Origin: Octopus sinensis | Taxonomy: Eukaryota | Assembly (NCBI RefSeq): GCF_006345805.1 | Contig: NC_042997.1 | Location: 129,084,001 to 129,148,000 of the forward strand | DNA length: 64,000 nucleotides | Direction: 5' to 3' | Shown here: piece by piece, positions 51,850 through 64,000 of the stretch | How the letters are laid out: each line of letters opens with the position of its first letter | How positions within the stretch are numbered: the first letter of the stretch is position 1 | Made by a program: the position numbers and the translations under genes | Notes under the pieces: generated by a model | What the model was told of the DNA's origin: nothing | Databases searched by the model: none | What the model saw: the letters and a program-made list of their open reading frames with translations, nothing else

Positions 51850-52730
51850 AAAATAGAACACAGATTTGGAAGTATTCATCAATGACTAACCACTGAGTAT
51901 GTGTAGCATTGTAGAATGGTCTGAGATCAATGGCATCATAGAAGAGAAGAAAATAAAAGGGAAAAAACAAAGAGAATGGAATTTAAATTTTATATTTAGA
52001 AGGTATCAAAATTTTTGAAATATCTCGAATTTATTGGAGGATTGATGTAATTAATATATTTTTATGAGAATCAATCAAAATTTTATCTATAAGTCAATCA
52101 CATTCTGAAACTTTAAAGACAAGATGATGGGAGTAGAGAAAGGTGTTGCAACAAACTACATACATCTTACAAACCGAACAAAGAAACCTCTAAAGGATAG
52201 AAAATTCAGTCTCTTGATGGGATGCATAATACAAATAGCATATATGCTTGTATAATGACATGCAGATCCATTTAATCATGGACCTAGTAAAAGTGGTTAA
52301 AAAGTGAAGTTATGACTATAGTATTATTCTTTATTTGATATTGCAGCTTGTGAACAAACAGTGCCATTGATTTTTTTACATTTCCAGCAGATTTTTTTTG
52401 GTTTGAAGTAATCAAGTATGCTTTTATGCATGGCATGTATGTGAAGATAGTAATAGAAAGAGATAGCATTGGAGGAGATTTATTGAGTGTTTGAAATGTA
52501 GATTTAGATGCAAATTAAGTAGAAAGTGTGATGAGGGATATTTCTCTATGGGAGTACTATTTATAGACACACCATGGTTGCGAAGGAGATTTCACAAAGT
52601 TGGTATTGATCTGTTTGGCCAAAGGGATCAGCTTAGTTTATAAAGCAAGAGAGATTGTAACATTGCATAAAAGCATTTTGGCTTCACAGTCTTGCAGAAG
52701 CTTCAGTGCTCAGTAAAAGCTGCCCAGTGG
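51850..52730 (+). mobile_element. Very degenerate CR1-like RT remnants
   Basis: Traces resembling FLDFQKAFD, GIGGDLL and LVYKAREIVTLHKSIL. Confidence 0.35.
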
Positions 52731-53169
52731 TGGATCATATTCTCCAAGTGTTTTAGGTCATGTTCTTTGCCTGATCTGCTTCAATGTTGTAGCAATAAGT
52801 GGGCCACTTGAGAGATTTGTGACTTATGGTTATGTGTGGGATGGCAAAGAAGATATTAGTCATCTGGCTATCTGTTTCTGATCAGTAGAGAATAAAACAA
52901 ATGCATTGCCAGAAATAATTAGCATAGAGCTGATGGAGCTCTGCATAGTCAATTAACTTGAAATATCATAGTGTGTGAGAGTTGGGAGAAGTTGTGTAGT
53001 TATGATGTTTGTCTTCTTGAGACTACTATCTAGTCATTGGCTGTAGCCACAGCTCCTCCACCCACCTAGTCGTGCAGTATCAATACCTTTACATACTTTA
53101 GCTTGCCTGCTGAGGAAGTGTGCCAAGGTAGGGCACCTGGAGCCAGCACATGAAAGATGTAGGGGGCAG

Positions 53170-53529
53170 CTCATCATCTCTGCTGTTTCACCTCACAAAC
53201 CTCATTTTTATACTCTCCTACCCTCACTCAAACTGCTATCTTCTCAAATTTTAGTTCTATGTTTTTCCTGTTGGTATTTGCCTGCAGAAGTTTAAGATGA
53301 AGTCTATAGAGTTTATGAGCAGTGTCTAACCTCTCACCAAATAATAATAATAACAACTAAGAATGATAAAGAAAAGGTACTGAAACCTATTTGAAAATGA
53401 TACCAGGCTTACCATCCCTACAGGAAGTGCAAAAAATTGTGTTAACTGGAATGGCTCAATTACTGAGAAGAGCATTATCGCTGTGAAAACAACATCCATT
53501 CATGAATTTATTTATTTATTTATTAAGTT
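53170..53529 (+). repeat. Inverted local copy of 56394-56776, including an R4/Dong 3' end
   Basis: Near-identical reverse complement; encodes LPSLQEVQKIVLTGMAQLLRRALSL* followed by (TTTA)n. Confidence 0.92.
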
Positions 53530-53736
53530 GGACAATATGAAAGGTATAGAGATGGTGATGGTTTGGTAGACATCATTTTTGGCAGTAAAGAAAGAGATCA
53601 AGAGTGTTTGAAATGTCTGTATGTTGGTCAGATATGTGTATATTGGATGAAACTAAGAGTTGTAAAAACTGGAATAAGTATATGAGCCAAAAAAACTGTG
53701 AACCTTAATGTCACCTTGTGCTATGATTTTAGACAG

Positions 53737-54098
53737 AGCCCAATAGACCTCAATTCAGGAAAAGATATGATCAAAGATTTGTTCTCATTGGGAAGTGTTC
53801 AAAATGAAGTGGAGGAAGCAGATATATTGGGTTGGTGCATAATTATTGCAGCTTTTTTCAACAAATTTTATTCAACAAAAGCAATAACAGCATGTAACAA
53901 AAACATCTTTAAATGATTATTCCGGAGTATATTCACCATCTACTTCAATTACTGCTTCCCATTTGCTTGGCTGGTAGTCAGACCATTATTTTTGTTAAAT
54001 ATTGTTATTGTTTTTTGTTGAATAAAATTTGCTGAAAAAAATCTGCAATAATTATGCACCAACTCAATATTTACAAGAAAGTGGGAGGAGGTATTTTG
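53737..54098 (+). pseudogene. Exon c, copy B, interrupted by the same MITE (53827-54067)
   Basis: SPIDLNSG..EEADI [MITE] FTRKWEEVF TG|gtaaga. Confidence 0.6.
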
Positions 54099-54499
54099 GT
54101 AAGAAAGATGAATAGGGTGGGAACAGTCATGTATACACTATACAGCAACAGTCCATCCAGTCATCTATACACTGTCAATCAGGTCAATCATTCTACCACT
54201 ATCCAATAAAAAAGACTCTGTATGGTCACTTGATCTGTTAAAACTAGCAATCAAATCTCCCTAAAATGATGCTGAAGGGAGATATTGGTCGACATAACTT
54301 TAGATCTACGAAAAGACAGGATAATCATGGCTGTAGTGTCTTTGCTTATAAATCTACTTCATCAGGATTTACCTGTGGTTAAACAAAAACCTTGTCATAA
54401 TTTGTGTTAATCTTCCTTGTTTTTATCTTCATTTAGTTTCCTTGTTAAAAATCTATCAACCCAGTCAAAATTTTCATGCGGTGTCTATATATCTACCTT

Positions 54500-56200
54500 C
54501 ACACTTGCACCAATCTTTTCCAGTCATGTTTGTAGTTGAGTGCTAATACCTCCAAGTGCACCAAGTACTACTGGTATCACATCTACTCTCCTCATCGACC
54601 ACAACCTTCATATTTCTTACTTCAAATTGTCGTAGTTGTTTATTTATTCTTCTTCTTTTACATTTATCCTGTTGTCACCAAGGTATGCTATGTTGATTAT
54701 CATGCATGTTCTTTCTTTTTTATTCACCACAACACTGTCCAGTTTCTGATGTCTGGTTAGGTGATCGCACTGAATCATAGCATCCCACAGGATTTTGCAA
54801 CTTTCATTCTTGGTGACTCCCTCTGGGGTTTGCTCATACTATGTCTTTGCTCTTTGTAGGCTGTGATTCCCACAGAGCTCCCAATGGATCATTCTTGCCA
54901 CATTTTCATGGCATTTTGTATTCATGTGCCAATTTTTGGAATTCACTAACGGTGTGTGATACCATTTCACCCCTCTCGCCACACATTCTGCATTTGTTGC
55001 TGTCTGTAGTGTTGTCTATTCTGCACCTCACATAGTTGGTCCTTAATGTTTGTTCTTGAGCTGCACATATGAGTGCTTCTGTCTCTATCTTCAGGTCACT
55101 CCTCTTGATCCATAGCCACTGCTCCTCTGACCCCAATGCTCTGATGACAATAGGGATAACCTTTATGTTCGACTCTCATTACTGCCACATTTTAGCAATC
55201 TCAATTCTCAGGTCTCCATATTTATCAACTTTTTCTCTCTTCTTTCATGATGATGTGTTGATTTCCTGGCACTGATACATCGATTATTAGGCATGCTTGT
55301 TTGTCCTTCCTAAAGGTTACTGTATCTGGCCTTCAGTGCTTTAACACTTTGTCTGGAAATCAAAATCGCAGAGGATTTTTGCCTTCTCCTTTTCCAGTGT
55401 ATGTTGGTACTAATCACCTGTAAACTCATATCCATACTTACAGCATAGTAGCCAGTGGAGGTTTTGGGCTACTTTGTTGTGTCTATGCTCATACTCTTTC
55501 TGCACAAGACTTTAACAAGCACTAACAATGTGAGTTACACTTTCGACCCTCTTCTCACACATTCGGCAGAAGTCCAATGCACTTGTGTGGTATATATTTT
55601 TCACTGAGTTGATATTCAATACCTGGTTCTGGGCCATGATGATTAGGCTTTCAGTATTCTTTTTTAGGTTGCCCTTGTTCAGCCACCTTCATGATGATTC
55701 CTGGTCTTTTAATTTGTTGGTTTCATAGTGAAACTGATCATGTAATTCCATATGGAGTAGGGTTTCTTCTCTCTTGCTGGCTGTTCTTATTCAGAATTTA
55801 GGAGCACTCTCAACTCCATTTTTGTTAACTCCTTCTGCACTAGCAGTATACTGTAGTCTGTCTTCTTTGCTATTTACCAAATATTCTGCCATGTTTCTTC
55901 TTTCACTGTTGATGCACTCCCATACACTAATCAGCTCACGTCCACCTTCACCTCTCTTCACGTAGAGCCTGTGTACATTTGCCTTAGGGTGGAGGGTACC
56001 ATGCATTGTCATTGTCTTTCGGGTAGTGCGATTGAGTTGATCAATCTCCGCCTGTGTCCATCTCATGATGGGTGCATTATAGTGGACTACAGCAACAGCC
56101 CATATGTTGATGGCAGTCACAAGGTTCCTTGAGTTGAGCTTTGATTTCAAGAGAAGTTTGAGGCACTTGAAATATGCAGTGATGACCTTGTCTTTCATTA
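54500..56200 (-). mobile_element. Two head-to-tail R4/Dong-clade LINE 3' fragments (junction near 55120)
   Basis: LNSRNLVTAINIWAV..HPKANVHRLYVKRGEGGR; two CCHC knuckles (CRMCEKRVESVTHIVSAC, CRMCGERGEMVSHTVSE); two REL-endonuclease regions; many stops. Confidence 0.88.
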
Positions 56201-56393
56201 TCATCATTATTTATTATTATTATTATTATCATTATTATCATTATTATTATTATTATTAATTTTTTTTTTCTTTCTTTCTTCAAATTTTCTTCCGTTTCTT
56301 GCCGAGTGTTTTCCATACACCTAGGGCAGAGAAGCTCATTGTATGCATTCCCAGATTACACATGCAAATTCACAGGTAAAATATGTATTTAAA

Positions 56394-56565
56394 AACTTAA
56401 TAAATAAATAAATAAATTCATGAATGGATGTTGTTTTCACAGCGATAATGCTCTTCTCAGTACATGAGCCATTCCAGTTAACACAATTTTTTGCACTTCC
56501 TGTAGGGATGGTAAGCCTGGTATCATTTTCAAATAGGTTTCAGTACCTTTCTTTATCATTCTTAG

Positions 56566-56606
<41 letters not shown>

Positions 56607-56776
56607 TAGTGAGAGGTTAGACACTGCTCATAAACTCTATAGACTTCATCTTAAACTTCTGCAGGCAAATACCAACAGGAAAAACATAGAACTAAAATTT
56701 GAGAAGATAGCAGTTTGAGTGAGGGTAGGAGAGTATAAAAATAAGGTTTGTGAGGTGAAACAGCAGAGATGATGAG
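56394..56776 (-). mobile_element. R4/Dong 3' end between (TTTA)n and (AAT)n plus unique flank; donor of 53170-53529
   Basis: Minus strand LPSLQEVQKIVLTGMAHVLRRALSL*. Confidence 0.85.
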
Positions 56777-57239
56777 AAAAGAGGCAGGACCAACACCAAG
56801 ATATTTAGTACTCTTAGCTAGCTCTTCAATATGCCCCTGTCTCTCTATTTTCTTTTTTTCTATAGTTACCTTTCCATACTCACAAAATTATAATTAACTT
56901 TCAAAACATAAAATATACAGTTCCGTCATCATGTGTATCACTGAGTAAATCTGTTTATTTGACAAAGTTTGAAATGTTTCATGCCAAATCAGGTGACAGG
57001 TCATAATATCACATGGTCCTCTTCTCCACCCCATTCTGTCCTCTGTTGTCATCTGTTTGAAGAGTGACCTCACCTGCTTGCTTCACCAGAGACTGAGACA
57101 TCATTTCAAAAGTTTTAGATGTGTATCATCCAGTTTTTGTGACGTAAGGTGAGATCACCTTGAAAGGCTGTCAGAGATTGTGAGGCATCATTTTGAAAGT
57201 TTAAGACATGTATCATTGATAAGTTGAAAAAAAATTGTA

Positions 57240-57610
57240 GTGCATAGCTATGTGGTTAAGATGCTCACTTAGAAACCACGTTGCTTCAGGTTCAATCCCT
57301 TGGGCAAGTGCCTTCTACTACTGCCTCAGGCCAACCAGTGTCGTGTGAGTGAATTTAGTACATGGGGACTGTGTGAAGCCTGTCAAATATGTGAGCATGT
57401 ATCTTTGTGCCTGTTTTGTTCTCCCATACTGCTAACAACTGGTGCTGGTTTGTTCACATCCTCATAGCTTAGTGGTTCAACAAAAAGCCCAATAGACTTA
57501 AAAGAAAATAAGTACTGTGGGTGATTTATTATGCTTAAACCCTGTAATGTGGTGCTCCTGCATGGCTGCAGTCCAATGACTTAAATAAGTAAAAGATAAA
57601 GATAGAAGAT
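57240..57610 (+). mobile_element. Degenerate S1 SINE
   Basis: GTGGTTAAG..GGTTCAATCCCTTGGGCAAGTG..CCAATGAC..GTAAAAGATAAA. Confidence 0.7.
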
Positions 57611-58029
57611 ATTACAAGGCTGTATCCTCCAGTGTATGTCTGGTGTGAAGTGGTTAGAAGATTAGATGACATCTGTGGGCAGAAAATTTAGGAGAGAAAG
57701 ATAGCATCATAAACACTGAGGGTTGTCAAGAGTTAGAGAAAACAATAACTGGGACGTTCATGAGCAAAAGAAGTGTGCAATAGATATAGCTGAGCCTTAG
57801 GGAATGACAGAGTGCAGGTCAGAGAAAGCTCCACTAATACTGCAATAAAGCAGTCTAACAAAAATGTTTCTAATCGAGAGTTTGCCCACAGATAAGTGGG
57901 TAACTTAGAGAAGATAATCTCATGTGAAATACAAAAACTTTGCTGAAGTAAAATGAAACGACTTAGCTCTTTCCAAAGTTCTTAAAGGTAAGAGATCACA
58001 GGTGTGTGATATGAAGTTTATCACCATTA

Positions 58030-58680
58030 TCATTATCATTTAATGTTCTTTTCCATGCTGGCTAGGGTTGGACAGTTTGACAGGAGCTGACCAGCTGAAG
58101 AGCGGCCCAGGTTCCCTGTCGTTATTGTTATTGTTAAGCAACAAGACGGGTAAGGGTGATTAGGTGATGGGGAAAAAAAAACTTTGGTTGTCTTGTTGTA
58201 GTCGAGGGCTCTTCGTTGATGCCCGATACCACTGGGAGGTGGCCCTTGAAGTTGCTGGAAATGGAGATCTCCAGGTCCAAATTCTTGAACGGCAAGGTTC
58301 CCTGTCTGTTTTGGCATGGTTTCTACAGCTGGATGCTCTTCCTGACACCAACCACTTTACAGAGTGTAGTGGATGCTTTCACACAGCCCTGGCATGGATG
58401 CATTTATGTGGCACTGGTACAAGTGCTTTTTACATGGCACTAGCACCCACAAGCACACAAAATTATGACTGCTCAGCTGGAGAAAGATGCAGGGAACAAA
58501 CCGGAATGCAAAGACAACCATGATTTTACTTAGCTTGATGTGTCTTCCCAAATGTGGTAAACTGCCAGGAGTCCTGGATCCCCTGTCACCCACTCTGGGA
58601 GTCTCAATGTCTGAAGATCCTTTCTCACCACTTCATCCCATATCTTCCTGAGTCTACTTCTTCCTTAGGTTCCCTCCACA
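58030..58680 (-). mobile_element. Degenerate RTE 3' region
   Basis: CATTTAATGTTCTTTCCATGCTGG, CTACAGCTGGATGCTCTTCCTGACACCAACCAC. Confidence 0.7.
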
Positions 58681-59171
58681 TACACACTATGTCTTTTAAA
58701 TAACCAATTAGCATGTCTCTCATCAAAGTATATTTTTCAATTATTTAATAGGTTGGATTCATTACTGACAACCCATTAACATCAATTGTTTGAAGCTTCA
58801 TTAATATTAAATTGTACATAATTGCTTAAATTTTTTTTTTTTTTTGCACTTTTGCATTTCTTGTGATTATATATATTTTATTTTTCAATGGCCGTGGTGT
58901 CCTACTGTGAGCAGGGACAGTTGGCTGTTATAGAAATGGTACACAAAACATAACAGGTGGGTGTATGGTGAATAGAGTACAAATTCAGTGAATGTGAAAA
59001 GAAAACGATGTGGGAGGAGTAAAAAGAAAAAGAAAGAAATATACAAAATTACATTTGACATACATTTGTCATTAGACACAATAGAAATGATCTAAAGATA
59101 TGTTCACTTATATGCACAGACCAATAAGGTGTGACTGCTTTCATGTCTTTGGGTATGGTGTGTGTGTGTAG

Positions 59172-59203
<32 letters not shown>

Positions 59204-59949
59204 GTCTATACACAATATATGTGGTACATACACATATGTATGTGAATATCTATCTATCTATCTATATATATATATATACTTGTCATCCTCTATTCAAAAG
59301 GAATCAAATAAAAAGAATCCCATACTGCTAACAACTGGTACAGTAAATCTAAAAATGACACAGCCAGCAAAGAAAAAACTGGTTCATGTTAGCCATTCAA
59401 TAGACCAACTTTTATCGCAACATAAGTTAAGCTATAACAATGTTGCTTCTGTCATAACTTACATTAACCTATGACACTTTATCAGAGTTTAAGGCAAGGT
59501 ATGAGTTGCCCCCTACATCTTTCATGTGCTGGCTCCAAGTGCCCTACCTTGGCACACTTCCTCAGCAGGCAAGCTAAAGTATGTAAGGGTATTGATACTG
59601 CACGACTAGGTGGGTGGAGGAGCTGAGGCAACAGCCAATGACTAGATAGTAGAGTCTCAAAAAGACCAACAACAAATGTCTGTGGCTGAATGCAACTCAT
59701 CCTATACTTGGATGTGGACCTCAGCTAACAACCAATAGGGACAGCTCTATTTACAATCTCATCCCAAATGCAAGTGGTTGGGCTTGCACCCTGTCCCCAG
59801 AAAAGACCACAAGCTACAAAAGCAGTGCAAAGTGCAAAAACCTACTGGAGTACTTTGATTGCTTCATGCAGCACCTCACATGGGAACACCTAAGTAAATT
59901 AGTAAAATTGCTATATTTGTCATTAGATTGTGATGATGTTTGTATTTTC

Positions 59950-60340
59950 TTTATTGCCCGCAAGGGGCTAAACATAGAGGGAACAAACAAGAACGAAGGG
60001 ATTAAGTCGATTATATTGACCCCAGTGCATAACTGGTACTTAATTTATCGACCCTGAAAGGATGAAAGGCAAAGTCGACCTCGGCAAAATTTGAACTCAG
60101 AACGTAGCGGCAGACAAAATACCTATTTCTTTACTACCTACAAAGGGCTAAACACAGAAGGGGACAAACAAGGACAGACAAACAGATTAAGTCGATTATA
60201 TTAACCCCAGTGCATAACTGCTACTTAATTTATCGACCCCGAGAGGATGAAAGGCAAAGTCAACCTCGGCGGAATTTGAACTCAGAACGTAATGGCAGAC
60301 AAAATACCGCTAAGCATTTCACCCAGCGTGCTAACATTTC
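59950..60340 (-). mobile_element. S2 SINE, internally duplicated
   Basis: Two copies of GGATGAAAGGCAAAGTC(G/A)ACCTCGGC..ATTTGAACTCAGAACGTA. Confidence 0.85.
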
Positions 60341-61214
60341 TATATGATGTATAATGGTGATGATGTTTGTGTACAAATATGTGTGTGTGTGCATGTGTCT
60401 GTGTGTATACATATCTGTATGTAGTGCATCTGTTGAGAAGAAAATATACATACTGGGAGAATAGTTCACTACTGTTGTTGGAAACAATTGCTTATGAAAA
60501 AGTCAGGCATCTAATAAAAGATAGTTTGGTGAACTCATATTACTTCTTGTGTGTGCATGGTCTCAGTCCAGCTAGTTAGAGGTATGATTGTTATAGTGGT
60601 ATCTGGGTTACAAGTAAAAGGTGATTTTGTTATCCCAGTGGGTCTACTGGCCATTGTTTATATACCTGATTCTTTCCATCTGTTGTCCATAACTGCTTTC
60701 TTCATGATAAATTATAATGTTACAATAGCAAAACAGAGACAGAGGATCTCATCATAATTATTTAATCTGTTAAAAATAACAGTAAAATCTTCTTCAAATC
60801 ACACTCTATATGGGAAGATGACGTTTACCCAAGATAATGTAATCTTGGAATATAATGTCTTAATCAAATATGCACTAATCAGAGTCTTTGAGCCAACAAG
60901 CAAACCTCTACTTGGTCACTCACCCTGTTAGAAATAGCAACCAAATCCCCCTGTGATCAGAGATCTGTTCAGTCATGATTGACCCAGGGCTACACAGAAG
61001 CAACAAGTTGGACAGCTTCATTGTATGTTGACCTACTTATGACAGAATGTATTGACTCAAGGAAAATTCTAAAGTTTCATAACACACATATATAGTGTAT
61101 TAGTCACTCTCAGCCCAAGTAAAAACTGTAGGTCACAGTATATGGTTCTTAGCGTTGTTTAGCACCAGGTCAGCCTTGATCAAACGGACATACTTTTAAA
61201 AGCTGTGACTATTC

Positions 61215-61440
61215 TACTCTTTTACTCTCTTACTTGTTTCAGTCATTTGACTGTGGCCATGCTAGAGCACCACCTTTAGTCGAGCAAATCAACCTCAGGA
61301 CTTAATCTTTGTAAGCCTAGTACTTATTCTATCGGTCTCTTTTGCTGAAGCACAAGGTTACGGGGACGTAAATACACCAGTTGTCAAGTGATGTTGGGTG
61401 GACAGACACACAAACATATACACACACACATACATATGTA
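61215..61440 (-). mobile_element. S1 SINE, 3' half
   Basis: TACTCTTTTACTCTTACTTGTTTCAGTCATTTGACTGTGGCC.. Confidence 0.8.
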
Positions 61441-62279
61441 TATATATACACATATACAACATTGTTTTCGGATGGTGTGGATCAAATTATAGTCTTAAAA
61501 CTTTCTTCATCTTTCATTCTTGTAACTCAGGGAATGGATTTGAATGTCGATACCAAGGCACACTGACACACAAGCAACCCATTCACAAAGGCAAGGACAC
61601 TCACCATAAGATAAATAGATAAGAAGCGTTTACACACACACCTCTTGCAGAATCCACATTGCACACATACACAGATGCATGTGAATGCACATGCAAGCAC
61701 ACAAGTGCTCACACACACACACGCATTCCCTATTGTACACTTATAGAATCCACATCCTGTCACACAGACATGCATGCGCTTACATACATGCGCATGCATT
61801 CACACACATACATTCTCTCTCTCTCTCTCTCTCTCAGACATTCTCACTCACATCCCCATAGATATAAATATTGACATTATAAACTAGGAGACAAACAGAC
61901 TGGCAGTAGAAAGGAAGCATGTCATTGATGAGGGTGCAAATGCCATCAAAAAAGACTTTGACAAACCTAACTGATCAATTAATCATTGATTCATTATTGA
62001 GCTGCTTCTAAGAATTTGAATTTATTCTATATGTGCAACACTATTGCCAGTAAGCAAATAGTTTTCATACTATTCAACCGGAAGTCTATCCTCTGACCTC
62101 TATCAGATGTCTCTCCCATGAACACCTCCAAAGGCTTTATGTTACCCCTTCTCTACTTAGGGCTTATCTCCTATGTAATGTAGTGATTATGTAGTGCATA
62201 AAAATGATGGTGTAGTATATGCAAGTTGAAGGTTATTGTATGTTTATGAGTTCTGCCAAATGCGAGCTTTCTTTTCAGA

Positions 62280-64000
62280 TACATGACACTACTGTCCCCC
62301 GTCCCAGAGTCTCAAGGGCCCATACCTCCCACACCCTCAGGGTTGGCACACTGAAAGGTAGGTCTGGTGAGATTGTTGAGATGCTTGAACAGAGACGTGT
62401 AGATTTGTGCTGCATCCAAGAAGTAAGGTGAAGAGGAAGTCCTGCTAGGTTCCTCACAGGCAAAGAACATAAGTATAAGATTTTCTGAGCAGGGAACACT
62501 GATGGGGTCTCACTCACATCCCCATAAATATACTTCTTGCAGAGAAATGAGTTGATAAGGTAATCGAGGTAGTCAGAGTCTGTGATAGAATACTTATGAT
62601 TAGATTAGTGCTGCAACATGGGTTAGCAACCATTATTTTGGCCTATGCCCCTCGGCTGGGGCTACCTTATGAACAGAAAGACTGATTTTATGATACCCTC
62701 TTGCAGACTACCTCGTCAACGAAAGACAGGGACCTTCTCTTTGTGGCTGGTGACTTCAAAGGGCATCTTGGACAACATGCAGGGGGCTTCCACGTGGAGG
62801 CTATGGTTTTGGTTCCTGCAATGAGGAGGGAACCAGGCTGCTGGAGTTCTGCATTGCAAATGATCTTGTGGTTTGTAATACTAACTTCAGGAAACCTGCC
62901 AGTCACCTATTCACCTACCGATATAGTGGACACATGAGTCAAATTGACTACATCCTCGCCAGGATACAGATAAGATGGCTACTTATAAATGCAAAGACCT
63001 TCCCAGGTTAAGAATGTACCCCACAACATAGATTAGTAGTTAGCAACTTCAGGATCAGGGCTAAATGGATGCCCAGAAGATGACCAGCATGGAGAAGAAG
63101 AGTCTGGAAGATTAAGGATCCTGCAAATGAACAGAGATTTAGAGATATATTACTCAAAGCTTTTGACAAAATAGAAGGGGATCTAGCATCACATTATGTG
63201 GAAGACAACTGGAGGTTTCTACAGGACAACCTGTTGAGAGCCACTGACCAGATCTGTAGATGGGGCAAAGTCCCCTCTCAACCCGAGTTAATGTGGTGGT
63301 GGGACAATGTAGTTGAACGGGTCATTAGAGAAAAGAAACTGGCATGGAAGGACTGGAGGAATGGTGGTAGCAGGGAATTGTATCAGAGTGCCAGAAAGGA
63401 AGCTAGGAGACTGGTTTACTTAGCCAGAGGGGAAGCAGATAAGAAAAACTTTGCCAATGTCCTGCACCGTGAGGACCAATGACTTAAAGTGTTTTGTATT
63501 GCAAGACAGTGTATGAGAGAGAACCATGATGTCATAGGAGAGAAATGTGTCTGCATGAATGATGGCTTACTTGCATTTACTTCAAGGAGAGACTAGGAGA
63601 TGCCACTATGAAAGGTTGCTAAATAAAGAGAATGAATGGGAGAAAGAGAGTCTGCCAAATGTTAACCCAACAGAGGGATCAGCTATCCAAATTGATAGTA
63701 CCTTGGTAGATAAAGCAATTAAGGCTATGAAGACACGGAAAGCCCCCGGCCCATCAGGAATCACTGCAGAGATGCTTAAAATATCTGGCGGTGTTGGCTA
63801 TAGCCTAGTCACCTGTATAGTCAACCAGGTGATACAAGAAGGAGTCATACCCAATGACTGGTGTGGCAGCACCATAGTCAACTGCTACAAAGCTAAAGGT
63901 GATGCATTAGATACGAATAATTACAGAGGTATCAAGTTATTGGATCAGGTAATGAAAGGCACAGAGAGGGTCATAGCCCAATTGATTAGAGAAGGAGTAA
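62280..64000 (+). mobile_element. RTE-clade LINE, 5' part (APE endonuclease and RT start), inactivated; runs off the window
   Basis: VGTLKGRSGEIVEML..DLCCIQEVR, FVAGDF, SQIDYIL, KAPGPSGITAEMLK, NYRGIKLLDQVMK; several in-frame stops. Confidence 0.92.

Larger units (their letters stand above)
49730..54495 (+). repeat. Segmental duplication, copy B (extra SINEs, about 2 kb extra sequence, templated insertion)
   Basis: Blocks match copy A at 49730-50760, 52729-53174 and 53530-54495. Confidence 0.92.

Noticed and set aside
1811-61440. tRNA genes suggested by A/B-box motifs
   Set aside because: All are heads of multi-copy SINEs with bodies, tails and often TSDs; no complete cloverleaf.
4154-61874. 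Numerous ORFs rich in YI/HT/CV/H/N/I runs
   Set aside because: Translations of (TA)n, (CA)n, (CAT)n and (AAT)n microsatellites and SINE bodies.

Overview
AT-rich, repeat-saturated eukaryotic DNA. The SINE, RTE-LINE and mariner families and the abundant (TA)n/(CAT)n/(AAT)n microsatellites resemble an octopus/cephalopod genome; this is inference from repeat families, not proof. No prokaryotic features, CRISPR, rRNA or true tRNA genes were seen, and no intact protein-coding gene. Most long ORFs are transposon remnants: Gypsy-like LTR, CR1, RTE, R4/Dong, Penelope GIY-YIG, and several Tc1/mariner elements, one nearly intact at 16479-17760. The main non-transposon structure is a tandem segmental duplication (about 45.5-48.3 kb and 49.7-54.5 kb). 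Each copy carries two splice-site-flanked exons of a protein I could not identify; the second exon is split in both copies by the same TA-inserted mariner MITE, and one copy has a microhomology-bounded inverted templated insertion. Other notable signals: two Penelope-type hammerhead-ribozyme-like motifs (about 19.55 kb and 30.24 kb), an exactly duplicated fold-back unit at 12.6-13.1 kb, and a higher-order tandem array built from RTE 3'-UTR hairpin modules at 14.4-15.8 kb. Boundaries of degenerate repeats are approximate.
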